Under the pieces are notes generated by a model. The model saw only the letters and a program-made list of their open reading frames with translations, ran no database searches and had not been told where the DNA came from. From positions 194,162 to 258,161 of the forward strand of contig CAVPSB010000022.1 of the NCBI GenBank assembly GCA_963708025.1: a stretch of DNA of 64,000 nt, given 5' to 3'. This DNA is from an uncultured Candidatus Rokubacteria bacterium. Lineage in GTDB: Bacteria; Methylomirabilota; Methylomirabilia; Rokubacteriales; DASRDR01. Each line of letters opens with the position of its first letter. Within the stretch, counting starts at the first letter, position 1. Of the stretch, positions 21,703 to 31,374 are shown in pieces. The position numbers were made by a program, and so were the translations under genes.

Positions 21703-22913
21703 CGCAGGTACCCGAGTCGGTCCGCCATGTCACGGATGACGGGGGCGATGGCGTCGGCGAGCTTCGTCCCGCCGGCCGCCGTCAGGTGCACCCGGTCGTG
21801 GTAATCATCGACCTTGAAGTCCGGGCCCACCGCCACGGATTCGTAGCCCGCCTCCCGGAACATGGCCACCGCCCGCTCGACGACCAGATAGTACAGGAGT
21901 CGTTCCTCGGGAGTGAGCATGTCGAGATAGTACGGGCTCTGCCCCTCGACCACGATCAAGGTTCGTTGCCGGAGGGGCCGGGGGAGATCGACCCCGATGG
22001 CGTACCGGAATGCCTGCCAGAGCGGAAGCTCGGGATCGGCGATCGGGCGGCCGCGGGGATCGAGGGCGGTCCGGCCCTTGGCGAAGCCGCGGGCGATGCG
22101 CAGCGCCAGCTCCCGGTGGGACTCGAGGTATCGCTGGTCGAAAGGCAGGCTCGCTCCGGTGTCGGGGTCGGCGAAGGTCTTGCGGGGGGCGAAGGGACGG
22201 CCAAGCGGGAACGGGCTCCAGACGGTGAAGACCCAGCGGTAGCCCACCGTGGTCCAGAGATCGTTGAAGCGAAGGCGGTGATCGAACCGGGCACCGAGCC
22301 TGCGCTCGTGGAGCTTCTCGCGCTCGGCCCCCACGAACCTCGGGGTCAACTCGTCGATCCGCGCTTCACGGACCGGGTCCTCGAGGAGGAGGTTCTTGTA
22401 GTAGGCGTCCCAGAACAGGTACTCGTAGAACCCGCCCAGGGGCGGGACGGCGACGGCAGGAGGCGTGTCGCCAACGTAGATTACGGCCCTGCCCTCCTTG
22501 ATGAAGCTCTCCGCCACGATGGCGCCGCCCTCGGCGGGGGCGCCGGCTCGAAAGGCGAAGTTGAAGACCCGGAAGGGCTCTCCGAGCCGGTCTTGCAGGC
22601 GGCGCGTCCAGATCGTGTCCGGGCTCTGAGAGACGCCGTTGAAGACCGAGCTTCCGCCGACGATCACGATGACGCGGCCGGGCGCCGTCGTTTCCTCCAC
22701 GAGGGCGCGAAACTGCGAAACGGTGGGGTTAAACGAGGCTTCCAGAGCGATGTACATGTGCGGGCGGACGAAGTTCACGTAGAGATTTTGCCCACTCGCG
22801 ATCCATCCCGCGACGCAGCAGGCCAGGAACCCGAAGGTCGCTCCGGCGAAGAGGGCGTGGGGAATCACCCGGCGCCGGACCAGGGACTCGAGCGACAGCT
22901 CGTCCTGCGCCAC
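21699..22913 (-). CDS. Membrane-anchored SGNH-fold acyltransferase partner (DltD/AlgJ/PatB-like)
   Basis: N-terminal TM, IVGGSSVFNG block I, FNFAF, and C-terminal DxxH (HDRVHLT); directly downstream of the MBOAT. Confidence 0.72.
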   Translation of the reverse strand: MAQDELSLESLVRRRVIPHALFAGATFGFLACCVAGWIASGQNLYVNFVRPHMYIALEASFNPTVSQFRALVEETTAPGRVIVIVGGSSVFNGVSQSPDTIWTRRLQDRLGEPFRVFNFAFRAGAPAEGGAIVAESFIKEGRAVIYVGDTPPAVAVPPLGGFYEYLFWDAYYKNLLLEDPVREARIDELTPRFVGAEREKLHERRLGARFDHRLRFNDLWTTVGYRWVFTVWSPFPLGRPFAPRKTFADPDTGASLPFDQRYLESHRELALRIARGFAKGRTALDPRGRPIADPELPLWQAFRYAIGVDLPRPLRQRTLIVVEGQSPYYLDMLTPEERLLYYLVVERAVAMFREAGYESVAVGPDFKVDDYHDRVHLTAAGGTKLADAIAPVIRDMADRLGYLR

Positions 22914-22914
22914 G

Positions 22915-24111
22915 TCAGCTCGAATCGAGCAGCAGACGGAGCATGCGTACGGCCTGGCCGACCGGATAGAAGAAGAGCAGCCAGCCGACCATGACGTACG
23001 CGAACGTCACCGCCCATGCCACGAAGGAGTTGTGGTCGAGGAAGCCGCCTAGCCGCGTGCCGAGCCGGCCGAGACCTGCTCGGTACGTCGCGCTGACGGC
23101 GAGCCCGGCTCCGTGGTAGAGGCCCCACGCCACGAAGTGCCAGGCGGGACCGTGCCAGAGGCCGCAGAGGGCGAAGGCCACCAAGCCGTTGAGCACCCGC
23201 CGGCCGGCGCCGTCCCGGCTGCCGCCCAGCGGGATGTAGACGTAGTCGCGGATCCACAGGCTCAGGGAGATGTGCCAGCGCTGCCAGAAGTCCCGGATGC
23301 TCGTGGCGAGGTAGGGCCAGTTGAAGTTCTCGGGAAGCCGTATGCCCAGCATGCGGGCGAAGCCGATGGCCATGTCGCTGTACCCGCTGAAGTCGAGCAG
23401 GATGCGAAAACCGATGGCGAAGAAGAGGAACCAGCGCGTCGACACGGGCACGGTGTCGAAGTGATCGTCCCAGACGCCCACGTACGTCGTGAGGTTGTCG
23501 GCCGCGAACTTCTTGGTGAGGCCGATCGCGACCCGGATCAGGCCGTAGGCCACCTCGGGCCGGGCGACCTCGCGGAGCCCCCGCTCCAGGGCCGGGAGGA
23601 ACTGCTGGTAGCGCTTGACGGGGCCCGCGACGATCGACGGCCAGAAGATGGCGAAGGCTGTGAAGTGGAGGAGCCTGCGGACCGGCGCCGCTCCGCTGCG
23701 CACGTCGTAGAGGTAGTGGACGAACTCGAACGTGAAGAAGCTGATGGCGAGCGGCGGGCCCGCCGGCATCAAGACCAGCGAGCGGGAGAGGAGCGCCTCA
23801 CCGAGGCGAGGGCTGAAAGCTCCGACCAGCTCGCCGGAGAAGAAACGGACGTACTTGTAGAAGACGAGGGCGGCCACGCACACGACGATCCCGAACACGC
23901 AGAGACTCCGGCTCCGGGTCAGGCCGATGACGTAGGTGAGGATGCCCAGGCAGAGGATGGGGAGGACGCCGGCGGGGCCCGCAAAGTGGGTGTGGAAGAC
24001 GGCGCAGGTTAGGACGAGCAGGGGAAGGCGCACGCCGGGAAGCGCCACCAACCAGTAGAGCGGCAAGACGATCACCGCGAAGCCCCAGAACCAGTAAGTC
24101 AGGAAGATCAC
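22915..24111 (-). CDS. MBOAT family O-acyltransferase (AlgI/DltB/PatA-like)
   Basis: PLAISFFTF, IVAGP, DFSGYSDMAIG, ENFNWPY, FWQRWHISLS, GLWHG and WGLYHG motifs. Confidence 0.93.
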   Translation of the reverse strand: MIFLTYWFWGFAVIVLPLYWLVALPGVRLPLLVLTCAVFHTHFAGPAGVLPILCLGILTYVIGLTRSRSLCVFGIVVCVAALVFYKYVRFFSGELVGAFSPRLGEALLSRSLVLMPAGPPLAISFFTFEFVHYLYDVRSGAAPVRRLLHFTAFAIFWPSIVAGPVKRYQQFLPALERGLREVARPEVAYGLIRVAIGLTKKFAADNLTTYVGVWDDHFDTVPVSTRWFLFFAIGFRILLDFSGYSDMAIGFARMLGIRLPENFNWPYLATSIRDFWQRWHISLSLWIRDYVYIPLGGSRDGAGRRVLNGLVAFALCGLWHGPAWHFVAWGLYHGAGLAVSATYRAGLGRLGTRLGGFLDHNSFVAWAVTFAYVMVGWLLFFYPVGQAVRMLRLLLDSS

Positions 24112-24269
24112 GCTGGGTCCTGCCCCCTGGAGCGCCGGAAGCCCGGGCGGGTCCGGTGCGGATCACGCGGGGGCGGCCCGGCGCTCGAGCATTCCCGGTC
24201 GTGGATCGTGATTGAACCTCGGCTCAGGCCGGCAGTGGGGAGCCGCATCTGCGTCGCCGTCGTGCCGGA

Positions 24270-24610
24270 CGCTTGGTGGAAGACGTTCTGCATCAGGACG
24301 CAGTCGAGGACCGGTCGGGGAAGAGGAGGTCGAGGAGCGAGCCCCGCCGGAACGTCGTGTTGGGCGCCGGCCCCGAGCCGTCGGTGAGGAACAGGTCGAC
24401 CGCGGTGACCTGTCGAGGCACCGAGACGTCGTAGTTGAAGAACCCGCCGTTGCCGACGTCGAGCAGCCGGTCCACGCCCCGCAGCTCGTGGCGGACCATC
24501 CGCGCGATGTGCTGGTAGTGGGCGAGCCGCGACTGGGCCTCGACGTACCCGTCGTCGTCCTCGCACCAGCGCACGTTCGCGTCGACGGTCTTCTGATTCT
24601 CGTCCGCCAG
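24270..24610 (-). pseudogene. Truncated duplicate of the 20714-21406 methyltransferase
   Basis: Near-identical DNA to 21070-21406; start ATG is replaced by CTG, there is a frameshift near 24305, and similarity stops after NVFH. Confidence 0.85.
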
Positions 24611-24648
24611 GGAGTCCCCGATATCGATAGCACAGGGAGCCTACGAAG

Positions 24649-25056
24649 TCAGCAGTTCGCCGGGTGGTGGCCGCCCGCCCCTGTTCGACGAGCCAAGGGT
24701 GCCACCCCGAGAACGAACGACTGGGACCGCATCTCCACTGGGCGTATCATGGCGTGACGCATCACGTTGCGGGTGCCCTCGACGTTGACCGCCTGGAACG
24801 GGGCGCGGTCACGTTCGAGGGCATCGGAAAGGAGCGCGGCGCAGTGGACGACCGCCTCGAGGCCGTGCATCGGGCGGCAGACGGCCTCCGGATCCCGGAC
24901 GTTCCCGACGTGGACGTCCGCGGCGGGGAGCTCCAGCCATCGCGTGTCATCCTCGGGGCGGACCAGACCCCGCACGGCGAACCCGTGGCGGCGCAGCACC
25001 AGGCAGAGACGGTGACCCACTCCTCCGGCCGCGCCGGTGACCAGGACGCCGCTCAC
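24649..25056 (-). pseudogene. 3'-truncated NAD-dependent epimerase/dehydratase
   Basis: VLVTGAAGGVG, VVHCAA and VNVEGTRNV, then unrelated sequence with no YxxxK. Confidence 0.75.
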
Positions 25057-25098
25057 AACCGTTCATGATACGCCGGGCACCGGCGAGCGTGTAGCGCG

Positions 25099-27357
25099 GT
25101 GTCTGAGGCCGGCTCCGCGGCGGCCATCGCGGCGGGATTCGCGCTCTTCGGGCTGCTGACCGCGGCCGGCCTGGCGGGGGGCCTGGGGGTGCTCGCCCTG
25201 CTGCGGACCCCGGCCGATCCGGTGCGGCGCCTGCTCCTAGCGCCGTTCGCCGCGACCATGGTCTGGGCCTTGACCGGGAACCTGATGGTCCGCTTCGGGC
25301 TGACCATGGCGCAGGCGACGCCGCTGATCGCCCTTGCGTCTCTGGCGCTGGCGGCCCTGGGGATCGGGACGGCGGCGCGGCGCGGCCTCGCGCGGGCCGT
25401 CGTCGCGACGCTCGCCGCCGGGCTCGCCCTCGCGATGGCGGCCGTCACCTGGCCCTACTTCGCGCGTGGTCTCACGGTGCACCTGGGCTCGCCCAACCTC
25501 GACACGGCGTACATCACGAGCACCGCCGCCGCCTTCTGGCGCTACGGGCTCGACGTCTCGTCGTCCCGGCCGCCGTTCTTCGAGCGCTTCGGCTCTACCC
25601 TGGCGGGACTGGGGTCGGCCCGGAACCATTCCTACGTGCTCCTCGGGCTCTTCTCCCCGCTCGTGGAGCCGGGCGAGCCCGCCTTCGTCCGCAACCTGCT
25701 CGTCTGCTGGTCGATCCTCGTGCTCGCCTCCAGCCTCGCGTTCTACCGCGCCTCCTGGGGCGGCGCTCGCGAGGAGGGGGAAGCGCCGCCACGGGAGATT
25801 GTCTTCTACGTCCTCGCGACGGCAGGCATCGGGTGGGCGGTCGTCCCGGCCCTGGTCGGGAACTGGGACAACGGTCTCTTCGTCTCGGTGGGGCCGGTCC
25901 TGGCCGGCCTGGCCGTGGAGGCGCCGCGCCGCCCGGGCTACTCGATCCTCCTGGGCGCGACCATCGCCTACGCCGTGTACACGTACCAGGAGCTGTCCCC
26001 CTTCCTGGCGCTCTTCCTGTTGCCGCTGTACGTCCGAGCGCTCCGTCCGCCAGCCACGCGGATGCAGACTCTTCGTGTGTACGCCCTGGCGAGTTCCGCT
26101 GCCGTGATCCTGCTCTCCCCGGGTGTGAAGCCGCTCTGGAGGTTCTTCCTTGGCCAGATGGATTCGGCGCGAGGCCGCGAGGGTCTCAGGCCAGGCGGCA
26201 GCTTCGCGGCCGAGCTCGTCAGCGCACCCCTCGACCCCTCCAGCTGGTGGGCCCTCAGCGGCGACCCTTCGCCCTGGTGGGGATGGTCGTGCGGGGTGCT
26301 CCTCACCGGGCTCGCCCTGATGGGCGTCGTGCGCCTAGCGCGCCGGCGACGCTGGGCCGAGGTCACATCTCTCGGCCTGGTCGGCGCCACCCTCGGCTAC
26401 TACGTACTGGCCGACCGCTACGGCTACGCCGCCTACAAGATCCTCAGTGTCTCCTGGTGGCTGGTCGGCGGCTGCCTCATCGACGGATGTGGCGTGCTGG
26501 TGGCCGCGACCCGAGCTCAGCCCAGCGCCTCGCGGGCCGGCCGCCTCCGGCACGGTCTGGCCTTCGGCGCCCTCGCCGCCGTCCTGCTCACCAGCCTGCT
26601 CGTCTCCGAGCGCCGCCGAGCCCGGATCTTCTTCGACGAGACCACCTTCCGACGCCAGCCGACGCTGGCCGGCCTTGCCCGGCTCCGGGCGGCCGCCGCG
26701 GGCCAGCCCTCGACGGACGTGCTCGTGGCCGGCCCTTCGCTCGACTACCTGACGCTGCCCTGGATTTTCTACGCGCTCAAGGACACCCCGCTCCGGCCAT
26801 ACCATCAGTGGAACCTCACCCCTCCCGTCCCCGGGGGAGCCGGCTTGGCGCCCGACGACCCCGTACCCGCGAATCTCCTGCTCCGCTCACAGGACGTCCC
26901 GGGCCTTCCGGCCCGATTCCGGACGCCGGAGTTCGCTCTCGTCGGCCTCGGCGAGATGCCCCTCGTCGAGCGCGTCGAAAGCCCCAACCAACTGGAACCC
27001 TGGGGGACCTGGCTCGGCACCCGGCCGATCACCGTCTCGGTGCTGGCCGGCCCGGGGTCGGCCCTGACCCTGAGCTTCGAGGCGACGCCGGGGCCGAGCC
27101 TCCCCGAGACTCCAAGGCGGGTGATCCTGCTGCGGTCAGGCGCACGCGAGGTCGGTCGGGTCGAGATCGACAGCCGAGCCACCGTCGTCTTCCCGTTTAC
27201 CTCGGCCAGCACGCGCGAGGTCCTGACGCTCTCCACGCCGCAGGCGCCGACCGTCGCCCGCCTGCCGAACGGCGATACCCGGCCGCTGCTCGTCGGCATC
27301 CGGAACCTGCGAGTCGGCCCGGCCTCGGACGGACCGATTCCCCGGAGACCGTCATGA
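25099..27357 (+). CDS. Polytopic membrane protein, paralog C (putative GT-C glycosyltransferase)
   Basis: Intact 752-aa ORF, closest to paralog A, including the upstream intergenic sequence. Confidence 0.8.
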   Translation: MSEAGSAAAIAAGFALFGLLTAAGLAGGLGVLALLRTPADPVRRLLLAPFAATMVWALTGNLMVRFGLTMAQATPLIALASLALAALGIGTAARRGLARAVVATLAAGLALAMAAVTWPYFARGLTVHLGSPNLDTAYITSTAAAFWRYGLDVSSSRPPFFERFGSTLAGLGSARNHSYVLLGLFSPLVEPGEPAFVRNLLVCWSILVLASSLAFYRASWGGAREEGEAPPREIVFYVLATAGIGWAVVPALVGNWDNGLFVSVGPVLAGLAVEAPRRPGYSILLGATIAYAVYTYQELSPFLALFLLPLYVRALRPPATRMQTLRVYALASSAAVILLSPGVKPLWRFFLGQMDSARGREGLRPGGSFAAELVSAPLDPSSWWALSGDPSPWWGWSCGVLLTGLALMGVVRLARRRRWAEVTSLGLVGATLGYYVLADRYGYAAYKILSVSWWLVGGCLIDGCGVLVAATRAQPSASRAGRLRHGLAFGALAAVLLTSLLVSERRRARIFFDETTFRRQPTLAGLARLRAAAAGQPSTDVLVAGPSLDYLTLPWIFYALKDTPLRPYHQWNLTPPVPGGAGLAPDDPVPANLLLRSQDVPGLPARFRTPEFALVGLGEMPLVERVESPNQLEPWGTWLGTRPITVSVLAGPGSALTLSFEATPGPSLPETPRRVILLRSGAREVGRVEIDSRATVVFPFTSASTREVLTLSTPQAPTVARLPNGDTRPLLVGIRNLRVGPASDGPIPRRPS

Positions 27358-27487
27358 CTTGGCCCATCGGAGAGGAAGAGATCGACCGCCGTCACGTGCC
27401 TGGAGAGGGAGACGTCTCGGCGTAACCATCGTTGCCGGCGAACCAGCGGGCGTTCGTCGCGACGCTGCGTTGCAGCCGCTCCGCCAT
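27355..27487 (-). pseudogene. Third, heavily deleted relic of the 20714 methyltransferase
   Basis: MAERLQRSVATNARWFAGNDGYAE joined to DVSLSRHVTAVDLFLSDGP; the same GTGCTATC upstream motif is present. Confidence 0.72.
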
Positions 27488-27705
27488 GGCCGGCCCAATT
27501 GATAGCACGGGGGGTCGGCAAAGTCACGCGGACGACTCCCAGGTGAGACGACCCGTCCCACGCGATCTGCCGTGATGCCGCTCACCGAGTGCTATCGTGG
27601 GCCACGTAGCGGGCACGCGACCCTGACAATCCAGAGCCGGGCCCGGGGTCGGATAGCCCGGCAGGGCGGTGACGGTCGGGATCCACACCGCGGGGGAAGG
27701 AGACC

Positions 27706-30700
27706 ATGCGGCGAGCGTCCACGACGCGACCGGGTTTCCTGCTGGCCGTCGGTCTTCTCCTGGCGCTCTGCCCCGGGCCCGCGGGGGCCGCCTCCTCCCT
27801 GCACTTCTTCGGCAACGGGACCGGCGACATCGACCGCGTCGAGATCCGGATCGACGGGCCGGCGCGCCCGGCCGACGTCGGGGCCGGCGACTTCACGCTC
27901 GAGTGGTGGATGAAGGCCATCTCGGGCGAGAACGCGTCGAGTGCCGTGACGTGCGGCGCGAATGGCGGCTGGATCACGGGCAACGTCGTCTTCGATCGCG
28001 ACGTCAACGGCCCGGGGGACTCCGGCGATTTCGGCGCGTCGCTGACCGCGGGGCGCGTCGCCTTCGGCGTGAGCGTCGGCGTCAACGGGACCACGATCTG
28101 CGGCGGGCGGATCGTCACCGACGGCCAGTGGCACCACGTGGCGGTGACGCGCCGGGCCGCCGACGGGCGCCTCCGCCTCTACGTTGACGGCATGCTGGAC
28201 GCGGACGGCGCGGGGCCGACCGGCAACGCCAGCTACCAGGACGGCCGGACGACCGGCGATCCCGACACGGATCCCTTCCTCGTGATCGGCGCCCAGAAGC
28301 GCAACGTCGGCCCGGCCTACCGGGGCTGGATCGACGAGGTCCGGCTCTCCAACGTCGTGCGCTACACCTCTCAGTTCACGCGTCCCGCGACCCCGTTCAC
28401 CCCGGACGCCCAGACGGTCGCCCTCTACCACCTCGACGAGGGCACCGGGACCATGGCTTCCGACACCTCGGGGGCGGCCGGCGGGCCGAGCCACGGGGAC
28501 GCTCCGCGTCGGGGGTGCCCCGGCGGCGGGGCCGGTCTGGTCGAGCGAGGTGGCGCCGCTCGGCGGGGCCGCCACCGTCGTGCTCGAGCCGGTGGTCACG
28601 GGTCTGACCAGCCCCGTCGGGATGGTCCACGCGGGGGACGCCCGGCTCTTCGTCGTCCAGCGGACGGGCCAGATCGTGATCGTGGACGGGACGCAGATCC
28701 GGTCCCCGGCGTTCCTGAACATCGCCGGGCTGATCGCGGTCGCGGCGGGGAGCGCGGCCTCCTCGGGCTGGCCTTCCACCCCGAGTACGCGACCAACGGC
28801 TCCTTCTTCGTGCTCTACACGGAGCCGGACGGCTCGATCGTCATCGCGCGCTACCAGCGTTCGGCGGCAGACCCCAATCTCGCCAACCCTGCCTCGGGCC
28901 AGGTGTTGCTCCGGATCCCGCACGGCATGTTCGCCAACCACAACGGCGGCCAGCTCGCGTTCGGCCCCGACGGCTACCTCTACGCGGCGATCGGCGACGG
29001 CGGGGGCGGGGGCGACCCGCTCATGACGCGGCCAGAGTCTCGGCACGCTGCTGGGCAAGCTCCTCCGGATCGACGTGGACAGCGCCGGGCCGTACGCGAT
29101 CCCCGCCGACAACCCCTTCGCCGGCGTGGCCGGCGCGCGGTGAGATCTGGGCGTACGGCTTGCGGAACCCCTGGCGGTTCGGCTTCGACCGGCTGACCGG
29201 GGACCTCTTCATCGGCGACGTCGGGCAGGGGGCGCGCGAGGAGATCGACTTCCAGCCGGCGACGAGCCCCGGCGGCGAGAACTACGGCTGGTCGTGCATG
29301 GAGGGCTCGGCGGTCTTCAACGCGGCGAGGTGTGGCGCCGGACCGCGAGTCCCTCCCATCCTCGAGTACGCGCACGGGGCCGGGGACTGCTCGGTGACCG
29401 GGGGATTCCGCTACCGCGGCCAGCAGCACCCGGGCCTGTTCGGCGTCTACCTCTTCGCCGACTTCTGCGCGGGCCGGATCTGGGGCGGCTACCAGAGCGG
29501 GAGCGGCGCCTGGTCGAGCGCCCTCTTGCTCGACTCGAGCCTCCTGCTCTCCAGCTTCGGGGAGGACCAGGAGGGTGAGCTCTACGTCACCGACCTGAAC
29601 GGGGGGCTCTACCGGGTCGTCGGGCTCATCCCGATCCAGGTCACGGCGCTCGCCGCAAACCTGCCCTCGCCTCAGCCGGTGGGGGCGCCGATCACCTGGA
29701 CGGCGACGGTCACCGGCGGCAGCGGCAGCTACCAGTACCGCTTCTGGCGGCGGACCACCGGCCCTTACATGATCGCGCAAGACTACACGTCGAGCGCCAG
29801 CTTCACCTGGACCCCGGGCCCCGCCGACGCCGGCGCCCACGAGGTGGCAGTCTGGGTCCGCAACGTCGGCTCGGGCGCCCTCGTGGAGGCCGGCGCCATC
29901 GCCCCGCCCTTCACCGTCACCCCCGGCGCGACCCCCATCCAGGTCATGGCGCTGACGGCGAACCGCACGTCCCCCCAGCCGGTCGGCACGGCCATCACCT
30001 GGACGGCCACCGTCACCGGCGGCAGCGGCAGCTACCAGTACCAGTACACGCGCCGGCAGACTCCGAGCGCCAGCTTCGTCGTCGTGCAGCCGTACGGGAC
30101 CGGCGCGTCCTACACCTGGACGCCCGGCCCCGCTGACGTCGGCACCTACGAGGTGGCGATCCAGGTCCGCAACACCGGGTTGACCGCCCCGTTCGAGGCC
30201 AGCGGCGTCGCCGCGCCGTTCACCATCACTGCGAATGCCCCGCTCCAGGTCACCGCCGTGACGGCCAACCGCACGTCGCCCCAGCCGGTCGGCCCGGCCA
30301 TCACCTGGACCGCGACCGTCACCGGCGGCAGCGGCAGCTACCAGTACCGCTTCTGGCGGCGGACCACCGGCGCCTACGCGATCGTGCAGGACTACGGGCC
30401 GAGCGCCACTCTCACCTGGACCCCGGGCCCCGCCGACGTCGGCACCCACCAGGTGGCGGTCTGGGTGCGCAACGCCGGCTCCAGCGCCCAAGTGGAGGCC
30501 GGCGGCGTCGCCACGCCCTTCACCGTCACCGCCGGGGCCAGCCCCATCCAGGTCACGGCGCTGACGGCCAACCGGGCCTCGCCCCAGCCGGCGGGGACGC
30601 CGATCACCTGGACCGCGACCGTCATCGGCGGCAGCGGCAGCTACCAGTACCGCTTCTGGCGGCGCACCACCGGCGCCTACACGATCGTGCAGGACTACGG

Positions 30701-30842
30701 GCCGAGCACCACTCTCACCTGGACCCCGGGCCCCGGCGACGTCGGCACCCACCAGGTGGCGGTCTGGGTGCGCAACGCCGGCTCCAGTGCCCAAGTGGAG
30801 GCCGGCGGCGTCGCCACGCCCTTCACGATCGGACCTCCCTGA
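27706..30842 (+). CDS. Secreted LamG-like + glucose/sorbosone (PQQ-type) dehydrogenase beta-propeller + four Ig-like/Y_Y_Y-type repeats (frameshifts near 28497, 28743, 29030, 29138)
   Basis: Signal peptide; LamG motifs FTLEWW, WHHVAVT, LYVDG, GWIDEVR; dehydrogenase motifs [54 protein letters not shown]. Confidence 0.82.
29632..30835 (+). repeat. Four tandem coding repeats of about 303-306 bp
   Basis: ATCACCTGGAC recurs at 29691, 29994, 30300 and 30603; peptide [24 protein letters not shown]. Confidence 0.92.
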
Positions 30843-30945
30843 GGGCCGCCGCCAGCCAGGCCTTGAGGCGGCGCCGCCGTCGCCTAGCACCAGCCCGCGG
30901 AAGATTGGGGGCGAAAACCGTCTTCACTACTACCGTAGGACAGAC

Positions 30946-31374
30946 ATGACCACTCGGATGCCTCGCCTGGCCACAACCAGCGAGCCCATGCTCTCGGTGC
31001 CAGCGCTGGCTGCCGTCCTCATCCTCTCGGCGGGCTTCGCCGGGAACGCGTTGACGCGTGGCGTGCCGTCGGACCTGTTCCTCAAGGCGCGCGACCGGGG
31101 GACGGTGCGCGTGGTGGTGGAGCTCCGGATCGCCTCTGCCTCGCCTGACGCCGCCTCCATCGCGTCCGTCCGAGACGCCGTGCTGCGGAGCCTGGCCGGA
31201 ACACCCCACCGGGTCGTGCGGGTCTATCAGGCCCTCCCGTTTCTCGCCCTGGAGGTGTCCCCGGAGGCTCTCGCCGTCCTGGCCTCCTCTCCTCACGTCG
31301 CAAGCGTCGCCGAGGACGCCGTGGCCGCGCCGCTCGTCAAGCCTGGAGAGGCCGAGAAGGGGCCGTCGAGGTGA
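30946..31374 (+). CDS. Stand-alone subtilase propeptide (inhibitor I9-like) protein with hydrophobic N-terminus
   Basis: VPSDLFLKARDRGTVRVVVEL..HRVVRVYQALPFLALEVS..SVAEDAVAAPL aligns by eye to the prodomain of the downstream S8 peptidase. Confidence 0.72.
   Translation: MTTRMPRLATTSEPMLSVPALAAVLILSAGFAGNALTRGVPSDLFLKARDRGTVRVVVELRIASASPDAASIASVRDAVLRSLAGTPHRVVRVYQALPFLALEVSPEALAVLASSPHVASVAEDAVAAPLVKPGEAEKGPSR

Noticed and set aside
14658-27357. Paralogs and duplicated segments as a diversity-generating retroelement
   Set aside because: No reverse transcriptase is in the window and the differences between copies are not confined to adenines.
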